A stretch of 47,285 nucleotides of DNA, taken from the sequence record KC579452, one strand, 5' to 3'. The translations under genes were made by a program, and so were the position numbers. Positions 36,971 through 45,873 of the stretch are shown piece by piece. Under the pieces are notes generated by a model, which was not told the DNA's origin, did not search any database, and was given only the letters and a program-made list of their open reading frames with translations. Each line of letters starts with the position of its first letter. The stretch's first letter is position 1. The stretch comes from Escherichia phage phiKP26.

Positions 36971-37013
36971 TAGCACTTTTNGTTAAAACTAAANTACAAG
37001 GATGGATTATATT
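36971..37013 (+). promoter_or_regulatory. palindrome/-10 promoter-like element
   Basis: tagcacttttNgtta-N22-tatatt; upstream of the small ORF at 37043. Confidence 0.4.
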
Positions 37014-37165
37014 AATTACATCAGCAAATGAGAGGGTTAAGAGATGAAAATTATAGACAAAGAGATGTTCGAGATTGCGCAGTCTTTCGCAAATGACGCA
37101 GTTAAGACTGGATCTGAATATTGCTGGATTTGCGCTCGAGAAGCTTTAAAAATGGCTTACGGCCT

Positions 37166-37405
37166 ATGATAGTTGAAACCGGACGCGCCGCTGTATGGGC
37201 GCATTGTGGAGAGGCGGGATTGCAGGATGACATCAAGATGATAGGTAAATACTTTGATATTGATGACATATCTGTAGTTTTCAATGGGAAGTTTAGTTAT
37301 ATGAACCAGCGGCCACGCAAGTATGTAAGAGTTCCAGCAACGCCTAGCCTCGCAATGTATCGTGAGGAAGGTAAGAAGATATTTAAGAAAGGTGCGAAGA
37401 AATGA
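37166..37405 (+). CDS. hypothetical protein
   Basis: 79 aa from the ATG at 37166; a 41-aa ORF (37043-37168) precedes it. Confidence 0.35.
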   Translation: MIVETGRAAVWAHCGEAGLQDDIKMIGKYFDIDDISVVFNGKFSYMNQRPRKYVRVPATPSLAMYREEGKKIFKKGAKK

Positions 37406-37659
37406 ATTTACCTGGTCTGGATTTTGATGAGAGTAAGTATCAGGTTGTGTTTTTTGGTGAGAAGCCTTATCGGAAGATTCCTTTCTCTGAGTGGATTCCT
37501 CCGGACTACCTCGATGTACTGGTGCAAATTGAGATTGGTAAGGCTGAGTTGATGTACTACTCACCTGGCTGCAATATGATGATGCCTAGTGAGTATTCTC
37601 CAGCAATTGCTGCGCTTGAAACTGAGTTTCTTGATTACTGGCTAAAAGANGTTAAATAG
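37402..37659 (+). CDS. hypothetical protein
   Basis: 85-aa ORF; ATGA overlap upstream; stop at a palindrome element. Confidence 0.4.
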   Translation: MNLPGLDFDESKYQVVFFGEKPYRKIPFSEWIPPDYLDVLVQIEIGKAELMYYSPGCNMMMPSEYSPAIAALETEFLDYWLKXVK

Positions 37660-37699
37660 CACTTTTNGTTAAAACACATCGCCATGGATGGCGTATAGT
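37657..37699 (+). promoter_or_regulatory. palindrome/-10 promoter-like element
   Basis: tagcacttttNgtta-N22-tatagt-gtgttcatcgaaacgagag; upstream of a 22-aa hydrophobic ORF and the phosphoesterase gene. Confidence 0.4.
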
Positions 37700-37810
37700 G
37701 TGTTCATCGAAACGAGAGACGATTCAGATGAAAACATTACTACCGTTGATGGCTATGCCATTAACCTTTATAATCATGTACTTCATAATCTGCTAACAGG
37801 AAATTAAATA

Positions 37811-38947
37811 ATGTCTATAGCTAAAATCACCAACGAAGAGTTAAAGCAAGAACTGGCTAACGGTATGACTAACAAGGCAATCGCAGAGAAGTACGGTATG
37901 AATATTCGTAACGTAGAGCTGCGTCGCAGCAAGTTGGCTAAGGCTGGGGATGGTCACGGTCGCGATGTGAGTAACCTAATTCCTCAGGGCTACATGGTTA
38001 AAGGTGTATCTAGCCTTGTTGATAATGATGGCAATGTGAAGTTGCAATGGGTTAAGTCCTCTATTGATGCAGAGAAGCTTGAGGAGATGATGAATCAAGC
38101 GCGAGAGGCATTCTCTAGCGAGCTACCAAANGAAAAAGCAGTTAAATCTGAAGGTCTGAATTTTGATGAAGATACTTTAGCTATGTATCCAGTATTTGAC
38201 CTTCACATTGGCGCAATGGCCCACAAGCATGAGTGCGGAGAAAACTACGACACAGCAACGGCAGAGAAAGTAATGAACGATTATTTTGACTACGCCGTAC
38301 AGAAATCTCCAAATTCAAAGAATGCTGTACTAGTGCTAGGAGGTGATCTGCTTCATTATGATTCTTTGGAAGCCAAAACTCCAGCCAGTGGTCACATCCT
38401 GGACAGTGACAGTCGCTACGCCAAGATTGTTTATGTTTGCATTCGAGCGGTTCGCCGCGCAATTCGAAACATGCTTAGCAAACATGAAAACGTAGAGGTT
38501 AAAGTTATATCTGGTAATCATGATGAAAGTGGTATGGTTTGGTTGCGGGCTGCGCTTGCTGCATTTTATGAGGAAGAGCCACGCGTTAGTATTGATGTTA
38601 GTCCCGCGGCAATGATGGTAACTAAGTTTGGTTCTACAATGCTTGGTTTCACTCACGGGCATCAAATGCGTAAAGCTGATACTCGCCTTTCGGTTATGGC
38701 TACTGACTGGCGACGTGACTTTGGTTTAAGTGATTATGTATACACCCACTCAGGCCACTGGCATTCACAGAAGATTACAGAGACAAATCTTGGTATTGAT
38801 GAGGTTCATGGTCAGCTTGGTTCACCAGATGCATATAGTGCGAATGGCGGGTGGCGCTCACAAAGGCAGGCTGCGGTAATCATATATCATAAAGAGTTTG
38901 GTGAGGTTGGTCGTTTTATCTGTCGCCCAGAAATGTTTAATAANTAG
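37811..38947 (+). CDS. calcineurin-like metallophosphoesterase with N-terminal HTH-like domain
   Basis: 378 aa; metallophosphatase motifs in order (DLHIG, GGDLLHYD, GNHDE, GHQ, HSGHWH); N-terminal ~50 aa HTH-like. Confidence 0.65.
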   Translation: MSIAKITNEELKQELANGMTNKAIAEKYGMNIRNVELRRSKLAKAGDGHGRDVSNLIPQGYMVKGVSSLVDNDGNVKLQWVKSSIDAEKLEEMMNQAREAFSSELPXEKAVKSEGLNFDEDTLAMYPVFDLHIGAMAHKHECGENYDTATAEKVMNDYFDYAVQKSPNSKNAVLVLGGDLLHYDSLEAKTPASGHILDSDSRYAKIVYVCIRAVRRAIRNMLSKHENVEVKVISGNHDESGMVWLRAALAAFYEEEPRVSIDVSPAAMMVTKFGSTMLGFTHGHQMRKADTRLSVMATDWRRDFGLSDYVYTHSGHWHSQKITETNLGIDEVHGQLGSPDAYSANGGWRSQRQAAVIIYHKEFGEVGRFICRPEMFNX

Positions 38948-39022
38948 CACAAATAGTCAAGAAACTACCAGAAAAAGCAGATGGTGGCAATTCAAACAAA
39001 TGAAAAAGCTAGATGAATNNGA

Positions 39023-39214
39023 ATGACTTGCGGAAATATTGAGATGAATTGGTTCAAGAAAGAAATCAAATGGAAAGAAATGTTAAGCATAAAGAGGAAG
39101 GTGGGGATGGGGATAACAGGAGTTATTNATTATAGTGAGTGTTTCAACGACGCGGTATTGGCAAGGANGAAAGCTGAATCTGAATACTCATTTCATGAAA
39201 ATCACGGAAANTAG
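39023..39214 (+). CDS. hypothetical protein
   Basis: 63-aa ORF; Ns within. Confidence 0.3.
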   Translation: MTCGNIEMNWFKKEIKWKEMLSIKRKVGMGITGVIXYSECFNDAVLARXKAESEYSFHENHGX

Positions 39215-39254
39215 CACGAATTGCTAAAACACAAATCAAAAGATGGGGTATATT
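39212..39254 (+). promoter_or_regulatory. palindrome/-10 promoter-like element
   Basis: tagcacgaattgcta-N22-tatatt-tactccatcaaa...; upstream of CDS 39288-39473. Confidence 0.4.
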
Positions 39255-39287
39255 TACTCCATCAAANCAAANCGAGAGGATACAAAG

Positions 39288-39473
39288 ATGGCTAAGTTCA
39301 CACAATCAGATGCACAGATTGAAGTTAAAGATGTNGGTTTTGGTAAGACATTTCGGATTGCACAGGCTTACGGAACTAGCGAAGAAGATGTAAAGGTTGA
39401 CACTATTAACCTTACTGCTAAGAATGCACGTGAGATCGCTTATGCAATCCTTGCGGCACTTGGAGAGCGTTAA
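39288..39473 (+). CDS. hypothetical protein
   Basis: 61 aa from the ATG at 39288 after a full promoter/leader element with RBS (gagagga). Confidence 0.45.
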   Translation: MAKFTQSDAQIEVKDXGFGKTFRIAQAYGTSEEDVKVDTINLTAKNAREIAYAILAALGER

Positions 39474-39661
39474 TGTTGCAAACAATTAAAGCTGATATGG
39501 TAAAGGTGGGTGATGAGGTTTTGTTCTCAAATTGCCAACGGCAAAAAGTTAAGGCCACAAGCCTTGAGTATTACCCTAGCTGTACGTTCGTAATGATTAA
39601 GACCATGGGCGGTAACTGCTTCCCAATTAATGTAAACACACTTATTTGCGTAAACCGTTAA
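39473..39661 (+). CDS. hypothetical protein
   Basis: 62-aa ORF overlapping the upstream stop (TAATG). Confidence 0.4.
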   Translation: MLQTIKADMVKVGDEVLFSNCQRQKVKATSLEYYPSCTFVMIKTMGGNCFPINVNTLICVNR

Positions 39662-39873
39662 GAGATTATCAAAATGACTAAATTATTCTGCGTTAGCAAC
39701 AAATCAAAATCACTGCCTTTCACTGTAAACAACCCTTACAGTGGTGAGTACCAGGGGGATGGTAATTACAAGATTTATGGAGATGACATGACTTGGATCT
39801 TCACCCCGATTGATGGAGAATTGGTGGAATTCATTATCGCAGACTAACTTATAAGAAACATCAACTTGAAAAC

Positions 39874-39900
39874 AGGCGGCCTTTAAGGCTGCCTTTTTTN
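39874..39900 (+). terminator. rho-independent terminator
   Basis: ggcggcc-ttta-aggctgcc hairpin followed by a T6 run, before the lysis cassette. Confidence 0.65.
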
Positions 39901-39962
39901 CGTTTATGTCAAAGTTTAATATCTGGTATTATTTAATCAAATCAACTTAAAGAGGCCGCAAC

Positions 39963-40178
39963 ATGAAGCATTTCTATGACGCAGCCGCCTTATCCGGTAG
40001 CGGAGTAGCTATGGGCGGCGGTTTATCTGACAACACAATCATCGGCATTATCGGCTTAGTTATCGCCGTATGCTTTGGNATTTTTGGCGCATGGCTGCGA
40101 TGGCGTGACAGTAAGGCGCTCCATAAAGCACTTGAGGATGGTGACATTCGAGAGGCAATGAGAATCAGGAGTAAATGA
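39963..40178 (+). CDS. holin
   Basis: 71 aa; hydrophobic core IIGIIGLVIAVCF, charged C-terminus; directly upstream of the endolysin with ATGA overlap. Confidence 0.6.
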   Translation: MKHFYDAAALSGSGVAMGGGLSDNTIIGIIGLVIAVCFXIFGAWLRWRDSKALHKALEDGDIREAMRIRSK

Positions 40179-40660
40179 TGAGCTTCAAGANTAAGGTCAT
40201 TGGTTCGGCTGTGGCTGGAGCCATGGCATTAGCTATTCCGTTCCTGAATGAGCATGAAGGAGTTAAGTACAGGCCTTACAGAGATATTGCTGGAGTGTGG
40301 ACTGTTTGCCAGGGAATCACTGGTCCTGATGTTATTCTCGGTAAAAAGTNCACCCAGAGAGAATGCGATGCACTCCTGATGAAGCACCTTTCAATTCATA
40401 GAGCTGCTGTAGATAAAGCGCTGAAGGTTAATGTTCCAGTTAGCACCAGGGCGGCGCTGTACAGTTTTTCATTCAATGTTGGAACCAGTGCAATGCGCAA
40501 TTCAACTGCTATAAGGCGCATAAATCGTGGTGATATCAGGGGAGGATGCGAGGCGTTATCTATGTGGAATAAAATCAGCGTTGGTGGTAAGAAAGTTGTT
40601 AGCAAAGGCCTGGTTAACAGGCGTAACGCGGAGATTAAGCTATGCGTCTCGGAATTGTAG
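40175..40660 (+). CDS. SAR endolysin (T4-lysozyme-type muramidase with N-terminal signal-anchor-release segment)
   Basis: 161 aa; N-terminal Ala/Gly-rich weakly hydrophobic segment then an E...D/C...T catalytic arrangement (NEHEG...VCQGIT). Confidence 0.7.
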   Translation: MMSFKXKVIGSAVAGAMALAIPFLNEHEGVKYRPYRDIAGVWTVCQGITGPDVILGKKXTQRECDALLMKHLSIHRAAVDKALKVNVPVSTRAALYSFSFNVGTSAMRNSTAIRRINRGDIRGGCEALSMWNKISVGGKKVVSKGLVNRRNAEIKLCVSEL

Positions 40661-41046
40661 TTCTGGTAATTGCATCACTGACTGGCTGCTCTGCTATGTC
40701 AGCCATTTCTGATTTCTTACCAGCAAAGGATGGCGTCGAGGCAACGGCGCAGGTTGGCGAGTCAAACCAGAAAACTGGCGTTGGATTATCCAGCCAGACA
40801 GACAAATCTAGCTCAACAGAGAGCGATATGCGCAACTCAACTAACAGAGATGTAGATTCATCAAGCCATAAAAAGACTGCTGCTACGGGTCTCTCAGCTA
40901 ACACAATAACAGCTGAAAAGATTGAAATTCATAGCACTGAAAACTCTGGGGTTGACTCTTTAGTCTGGGGTATTCTGGCTGGATTAGTTTCAGGTTTGCT
41001 AACTTACTTCGCTTTAAGATTCGCAGGAAACAAAAANGGAGCCTAA
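40642..41046 (+). CDS. unimolecular spanin candidate (lipobox plus C-terminal transmembrane segment)
   Basis: 134 aa; lipobox LTGC at residues 13-16; C-terminal TMD LVWGILAGLVSGLLTYFAL; overlaps the endolysin 3' end. Confidence 0.6.
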   Translation: MRLGIVVLVIASLTGCSAMSAISDFLPAKDGVEATAQVGESNQKTGVGLSSQTDKSSSTESDMRNSTNRDVDSSSHKKTAATGLSANTITAEKIEIHSTENSGVDSLVWGILAGLVSGLLTYFALRFAGNKXGA

Positions 41047-41059
41047 TGGCTCCTTTATT

Positions 41060-41395
41060 TTACGCGAACAGTTGGTCGTCTGTCATTTCTTTNATGGTCA
41101 TCATCTCATTGGTGTACTTATCACTCTCACCTCCGAGGCACCTAAAGCTAAAACCGAATGGTCGCTTCGTGCTTCCTTTGCTCCAGTAACTGCCATTAAC
41201 TCCATCGATGTAACCTTCAGTCATGCATCTTGCCAGAAACTCCTTTGACGCAGATGATGCAAAGTAACGCGCATTAACTCCAGCTGCCTTAGCCATTCTT
41301 TCACATTCTTTGTGGCGGTAAATGAATACCGCCAGGTGCTGCCTGTTAAACTTTTCGTAGCTCTCGCAGAACTTGAACACATCAAGGATGAACAT
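41060..41395 (-). CDS. hypothetical protein
   Basis: 111-aa ORF, last gene of the minus-strand operon. Confidence 0.4.
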   Translation of the reverse strand: MFILDVFKFCESYEKFNRQHLAVFIYRHKECERMAKAAGVNARYFASSASKEFLARCMTEGYIDGVNGSYWSKGSTKRPFGFSFRCLGGESDKYTNEMMTXKEMTDDQLFA

Positions 41396-41399
41396 TTAA

Positions 41400-42989
41400 T
41401 TACCCCAGCAGCCGTGGATTGATATATACCTTGTCACCAATCAGGCAGGTATAGTTTTTATCATCAAGCATCGGGAGTAAGTGGTCTTTAATTTTAGCCA
41501 TAACACCAGCCTGTGACTCGAAAGGTCGAACCTTACGCGCAGCTTCATAAAGTGAGCGCAAACCCACAACTCCTTTACTGTTCTTGCCTTGCTTGATAAG
41601 GATATCAATTAACTTGTTCATCTCAGCGTTATCGCCAGCATGACCAGCTGCGTTAGCAGAAGATAAGTAAGTCTTGCTAAGTTCTTCAAACATCAATAAA
41701 GCCTCCTGCATCGTTTCCAGTCCAATCTCCCTGGACTTCTGCGGACTACCGCCATTTGGATTAAACCAGTTACGTATGGTGTGAAGAACGGCAGCAAGGC
41801 GAATAACCTGCTTATCCATTTTACCTAGTGCGCCACGGAGCATTGTGTGTGAATACTTGCCGCCATCCGCAAGGTGTGGCTCCATTTCCTGTCGAGCACG
41901 GTTAAGGTGCTTCATTGCTGAGTTACTAATAGTCAACTTCACATCTTGCTCACTCATAATTTCATGAACAAGACGGAAGTAATCAGCCTTCAACGCTCCG
42001 TCAATCGGCTCATATGTTGACTCGCCATTATCATCGACGAAAACACGCTCACCAAGGAATGACTTTTCACGCACAAGCAAGAAACGTTCGGATACACCAA
42101 TACCGCGAGCACCAGCATTCATGATTGCGACTATTGTTTCATCCTGCGCAATTACAGAAATACACCCCATAGCAATAAAGCTCATGTTGTTCTCTGCGTT
42201 CGCACGCGCGATAGATACGTTACCAGCATCCCAGGCCTTAAGTACCAGTTCGCTGTTTGTTTNCTTTGTTCCATCACCATAGGTCATGCCAAGCAGTGAG
42301 TTGACGCTCGTCGCCTCATCCGAGATGACAGCGAAGCTACCCTGACGATGGTTAATGCGTGCCAGACCTTCAGGAGTAGTATCAGATACAGGGAATACGA
42401 TGTCGCAAAGTTTCTCGAGCTTATCTTCCAGCTCCTCCTTCTCCTCAAACAAACCAGCCATCTCAGAAGGCGACTTCTCCTGCTTCATTTCTTTAGCCAG
42501 AGCCGACAGCTTGGCCATAATCTTTTTACGGTCACGCTTACGCAGATCGTTTAGTCGCTCAGTCTCTGCAATCATTGGAGCCAGAGACAGCGAGTTAATG
42601 GCGGATTTACCAGTTGATGGAGGCTGGCTGGTCACTACATACAGTGATGTTGGTTGTTGAGTTCCGTGATACTCAACCGTAAAGCGACCTAACATAGCTG
42701 CCGAGATGCAACCAAGGAAGTGCATATAAGCAGATGATTCAGGAAACTGAACAGAACGAGCAATGTTGCTTGATAGTTTGCCAACTACATCATAGTCGTT
42801 ACCAAGCGAGATAACAGGATACTTGTCGCCAGTAGAATCAATCTCAACCGGAGCTTTCCAGAATGATGCGCTCTGGCGATAACCGTTCGCATTAATAGCA
42901 ACACGTAAAGGAGGTAATCCATCCTGAGCGGCAACAGCCATTACTTGTTCAACAGTCAATTTGTCATCATTAAAATCAAACATTATCAT
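41400..42989 (-). CDS. P-loop NTPase of unknown function (Walker A-like PPSTGKS, Walker B-like AVISDEA)
   Basis: 529 aa; N- and C-terminal segments are paralogous to the short protein at 46389-46961. Confidence 0.5.
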   Translation of the reverse strand: MIMFDFNDDKLTVEQVMAVAAQDGLPPLRVAINANGYRQSASFWKAPVEIDSTGDKYPVISLGNDYDVVGKLSSNIARSVQFPESSAYMHFLGCISAAMLGRFTVEYHGTQQPTSLYVVTSQPPSTGKSAINSLSLAPMIAETERLNDLRKRDRKKIMAKLSALAKEMKQEKSPSEMAGLFEEKEELEDKLEKLCDIVFPVSDTTPEGLARINHRQGSFAVISDEATSVNSLLGMTYGDGTKXTNSELVLKAWDAGNVSIARANAENNMSFIAMGCISVIAQDETIVAIMNAGARGIGVSERFLLVREKSFLGERVFVDDNGESTYEPIDGALKADYFRLVHEIMSEQDVKLTISNSAMKHLNRARQEMEPHLADGGKYSHTMLRGALGKMDKQVIRLAAVLHTIRNWFNPNGGSPQKSREIGLETMQEALLMFEELSKTYLSSANAAGHAGDNAEMNKLIDILIKQGKNSKGVVGLRSLYEAARKVRPFESQAGVMAKIKDHLLPMLDDKNYTCLIGDKVYINPRLLG

Positions 42990-43241
42990 CTCTCTCTAAA
43001 TGCCCCCGAAGGGGCTTGATTATTTACTTGATACGAACTTCAATCATCTGACCTTTATGAGGAAGATACAGCTTTGCGCGACCTCTAATCATTACGGTGA
43101 TGATATTCTCCTTAAGGTCAACGTGAAGTACTTTGCGGAACAGTGGCCCCATTTTTACCATCATGCCAGGTTTGATGTTTTCGATAGTAGTCATGATATC
43201 CATTTTTTAGCCCTTTTAATGTATTTCGTTTCGATGAAGAG

Positions 43242-43285
43242 AATATATCAATTTTTGTTGTTAAGGTCTTTAGCAAAAAGTGCCA
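43242..43285 (-). promoter_or_regulatory. palindrome/-10 promoter-like element (minus strand)
   Basis: Minus reading: tggcactttttgcta-N23-tatatt-ctcttcatcgaaacgaaa, then a 59-aa ORF starting near 43200. Confidence 0.4.
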
Positions 43286-43439
43286 TTAAAGACCAACCAG
43301 ACATTTGCCAACTACAACAGCGATTGCGCCCATGAAGCCAAAGAANCCAAACTTAATTACTTGTTCCATTACCGCATCAACTGCTTTAGAGATGTTTTTC
43401 ATTTTGTTCACCTTAGTGTTTGTCTTCTTGATGGAAACA

Positions 43440-43483
43440 AATATACCCGCCGAAGCGGGTAGTGTCATTAGCAAAAAGTGCTA
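43440..43483 (-). promoter_or_regulatory. palindrome/-10 promoter-like element with embedded GC hairpin (minus strand)
   Basis: Minus reading: tagcactttttgcta, spacer containing cccgc-ttcg-gcggg, then tatatt; small membrane ORF downstream. Confidence 0.4.
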
Positions 43484-43678
43484 TTAATTAAAACCTTTCG
43501 CCAGATGATAGCTTATTACTAGGCATTTTATCTATGAAAGTTTCAAGCAACCATTTTCTAGTAATGAAATCAACCACGCAAAAATAGCCTCTATCTTTGC
43601 AGTATCTGTACTTAGTGCCGTGTTGTATAGACTTGCAATAAATTGAATCTTTTGTTATGTAAATTCTTACTGTCTCAT

Positions 43679-44032
43679 TCATTTGTATTGGCTCTCGAAT
43701 TTATAAGTTCCGCAAACAGTTGTAAATCCAACATCTTCAGAGCGAATCAGCGTCCATGAGTCACCATCTTCATCAAATATTTTACCAGCGTTCTGTCCAA
43801 GAGATGCGGTCATTTCTACCTGATAGCGACGACCTTGCTTGAATGACTTTGATACTCCTGATTTATGGTTAACAAATGTGACATAAAGAGTCTTAGTCTT
43901 GATGTAACGCCCCCGCTCAGTGAGATTTTGCCATTTACCATGAATCTTGATTTGCTCAATACCATCTTTAACGCGAGCTTTAAACAGATTGTTATCTGAG
44001 CTGATCCAGTTTTTAGTGATAGTGGTAGCCAT
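43679..44032 (-). CDS. hypothetical protein
   Basis: 117-aa ORF in the minus-strand small-gene island. Confidence 0.4.
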   Translation of the reverse strand: MATTITKNWISSDNNLFKARVKDGIEQIKIHGKWQNLTERGRYIKTKTLYVTFVNHKSGVSKSFKQGRRYQVEMTASLGQNAGKIFDEDGDSWTLIRSEDVGFTTVCGTYKFESQYK

Positions 44033-44057
44033 TACTATTTTCCTTTTNGGTTTGTTA

Positions 44058-44360
44058 TTAGTTAGCGTTATGACGTTCGATATAGTCGCGGATTGTTTCG
44101 CCTACGCTTTTAGCGGCACCAAAAGTGCCCTTTGCGTGGCGTGAATCGCGGTACGTCTGGAAGAATTTACGAGCGATGTTTGCGAACATTGAACCAGTCA
44201 CGCGAGCATCACCGAAATTTGTTTCGATAGCGTTGCTAATGCCATCCTTGAACTCATTTTCAGTCATGAACATCTCTGCCATGCCAGCAGTCTCGAAAAG
44301 GTTAGCTAATTCATTCATGTTGTTATGGTCTTCGGCTGTAAACAGGTTCATGTTAATCAT
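44058..44360 (-). CDS. hypothetical protein
   Basis: 100-aa ORF preceded on the minus strand by a full promoter/leader element. Confidence 0.45.
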   Translation of the reverse strand: MINMNLFTAEDHNNMNELANLFETAGMAEMFMTENEFKDGISNAIETNFGDARVTGSMFANIARKFFQTYRDSRHAKGTFGAAKSVGETIRDYIERHNAN

Positions 44361-44394
44361 CTTCGTGATTCTTTAGTTTCGTTTCGATGAGATG

Positions 44395-44437
44395 AATATA
44401 CAATAAAAGCCCCGAAGGGCTTTAGCAATTCGTGCTA
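44395..44437 (-). promoter_or_regulatory. palindrome/-10 promoter-like element with embedded terminator hairpin (minus strand)
   Basis: Minus reading: tagcacgaattgcta, spacer aaagccc-ttcg-gggcttt, then tatatt-catctcatcgaaacgaaa; upstream of CDS 44058-44360. Confidence 0.45.
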
Positions 44438-44587
44438 TTNCTTTGCTGCTTTTGCAATTGCCTTCTGGACGATGTTGAAGCTCTCAATCAAATCTTCTTT
44501 GAAGTAGTCACCAACAGGCCAACCCTTACCGCTGTACTTGGCTATGGTTTCTAGATCGTAATAGTTCAAGTCAGATGGCTTTAGCAT

Positions 44588-44827
44588 TTACTTAACCTCA
44601 TCAAAAGTTGCAATACCAGGAATAAACACTCCAACCTTCCAGCCTGTAATGGCAATCCATCCAGAATCGTGCTTGTGTGGTCGCTCAGCGCCATTAATAA
44701 CCCATTCGTTCGGGATTGCCTTGCCGTTAATGATTAGACGCTCAGCGTCGTATAAAGAGCCTTTTACGAATGGTGTTAGTATTTTCTTGTCGGTACTTGT
44801 AATGCAATTGGTGCAGCGAATTTTCAT
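44588..44827 (-). CDS. hypothetical protein
   Basis: 79-aa ORF; small ORFs flank it (44441-44587 and 44832-45011, the latter Cys-rich). Confidence 0.4.
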   Translation of the reverse strand: MKIRCTNCITSTDKKILTPFVKGSLYDAERLIINGKAIPNEWVINGAERPHKHDSGWIAITGWKVGVFIPGIATFDEVK

Positions 44828-45006
44828 ATCTCAATCCTCAAATAAATGGTAAACATTCGACGCAGCCAAGTCCATCGCAGCACAGAAATTCATCTTCTGA
44901 CTGGAATTGCTTAGCCAAATCAATGTCCAGCTTTCCGCGCAGCACAAGGTTGGTGTAAACTTCGTTAAGTCCAATCAGTGCGCATTCGTGGCGCAACTCG
45001 TCTTTA

Positions 45007-45201
45007 TCAATCTTCATAACGCTCTACCTCGAAGTTGTATACCATTACGTTTCTATCATGCTTGTTCTTTATCACCATTGACTCAAGCTCTTCGTATACA
45101 GCCACTACATTGTAAACACCACCAGGCTCAAGGCCGTAGAATTCGTACTCTTCATCGTCAAAACCATCCGTTTTACTTAGTGCTGTTATTTTNACCTTCA
45201 T
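45007..45201 (-). CDS. hypothetical protein
   Basis: 64 aa; first gene after a full promoter/leader element with RBS (gaggag). Confidence 0.45.
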   Translation of the reverse strand: MKXKITALSKTDGFDDEEYEFYGLEPGGVYNVVAVYEELESMVIKNKHDRNVMVYNFEVERYED

Positions 45202-45228
45202 ATCTATCTCCTCGTTGTTGATGAGTTT

Positions 45229-45272
45229 ACTATAGCCTTGCCATCCCCATTTGTCTTTAGCAAAAAGTGCTA
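45229..45272 (-). promoter_or_regulatory. palindrome/-10 promoter-like element (minus strand), first promoter of the leftward operon from region B
   Basis: Minus reading: tagcactttttgcta-N23-tatagt-aaactcatcaacaacgaggag, then ATG at 45201. Confidence 0.45.
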
Positions 45273-45289
45273 TTCGTCAGATTTATGGA

Positions 45290-45870
45290 TTGTTGCAGGC
45301 ATTGCGATGATTAGCATGACTATTACACATAAAGCAATATTTCATCGATTGCAATGATTTTCTGGACTGTTGCGAATTTATCAATGATTGATGGATTGAT
45401 GGAATGAAGTGAGGGTTGTATCAACTAGTTGGTTGGTTTTAGCTTTCACAAGGAGCTTTCCTTTATGTACGCGTTATGGCTTGTTCAACCGTGTAGAGAA
45501 ATTGCCATATTTACGCCATCCACGCCAGTTTACGCGCTGGTTACAAANTAAATCCCTTATATAACAACCATTTAGATTTATTATTATTATTATTATTATA
45601 TATGTTATTCCGTAACCATGATTATCTGAGATATTGGTGATATTTTTTGATATTGCGCGGCGCATAAAGATTTAGATAAAGAGATAGGGATGCAAGCGGG
45701 GTGGCGAAAATGGCTTAACATACCATAACGGCAATAACAGCCTTGATACGACTAGCGTCAGCATGTAACAATTTAGCATAACGTGCGATTACCGAGTTGA
45801 ACGTGTAAATAACGCTTGCGACATTCACCAATCATGGTAAGATGCTCTCACACCAAACGAGAGGAGTAGT
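45290..45870. promoter_or_regulatory. AT-rich non-coding switch region B, paralogous to 26040-26520 (phased ACGC boxes, (TTA)6 tract); candidate origin
   Basis: ACGC boxes at 45513/45522/45532; ttattattattattattat at 45578-45596 with flanks similar to 26141-26215; tandem gattgatgg x2 near 45390; no credible ORF. Confidence 0.5.
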
Positions 45871-45873
45871 AAA

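Noticed and set aside
458-45272. The repeated palindrome element as a CRISPR array or as miniature transposable elements
   Set aside because: Copies are dispersed singly at gene junctions across the whole genome, always co-oriented with the downstream gene, with no regularly spaced unique spacers and no terminal inverted repeats or target-site duplications; promoter/operator architecture fits better.
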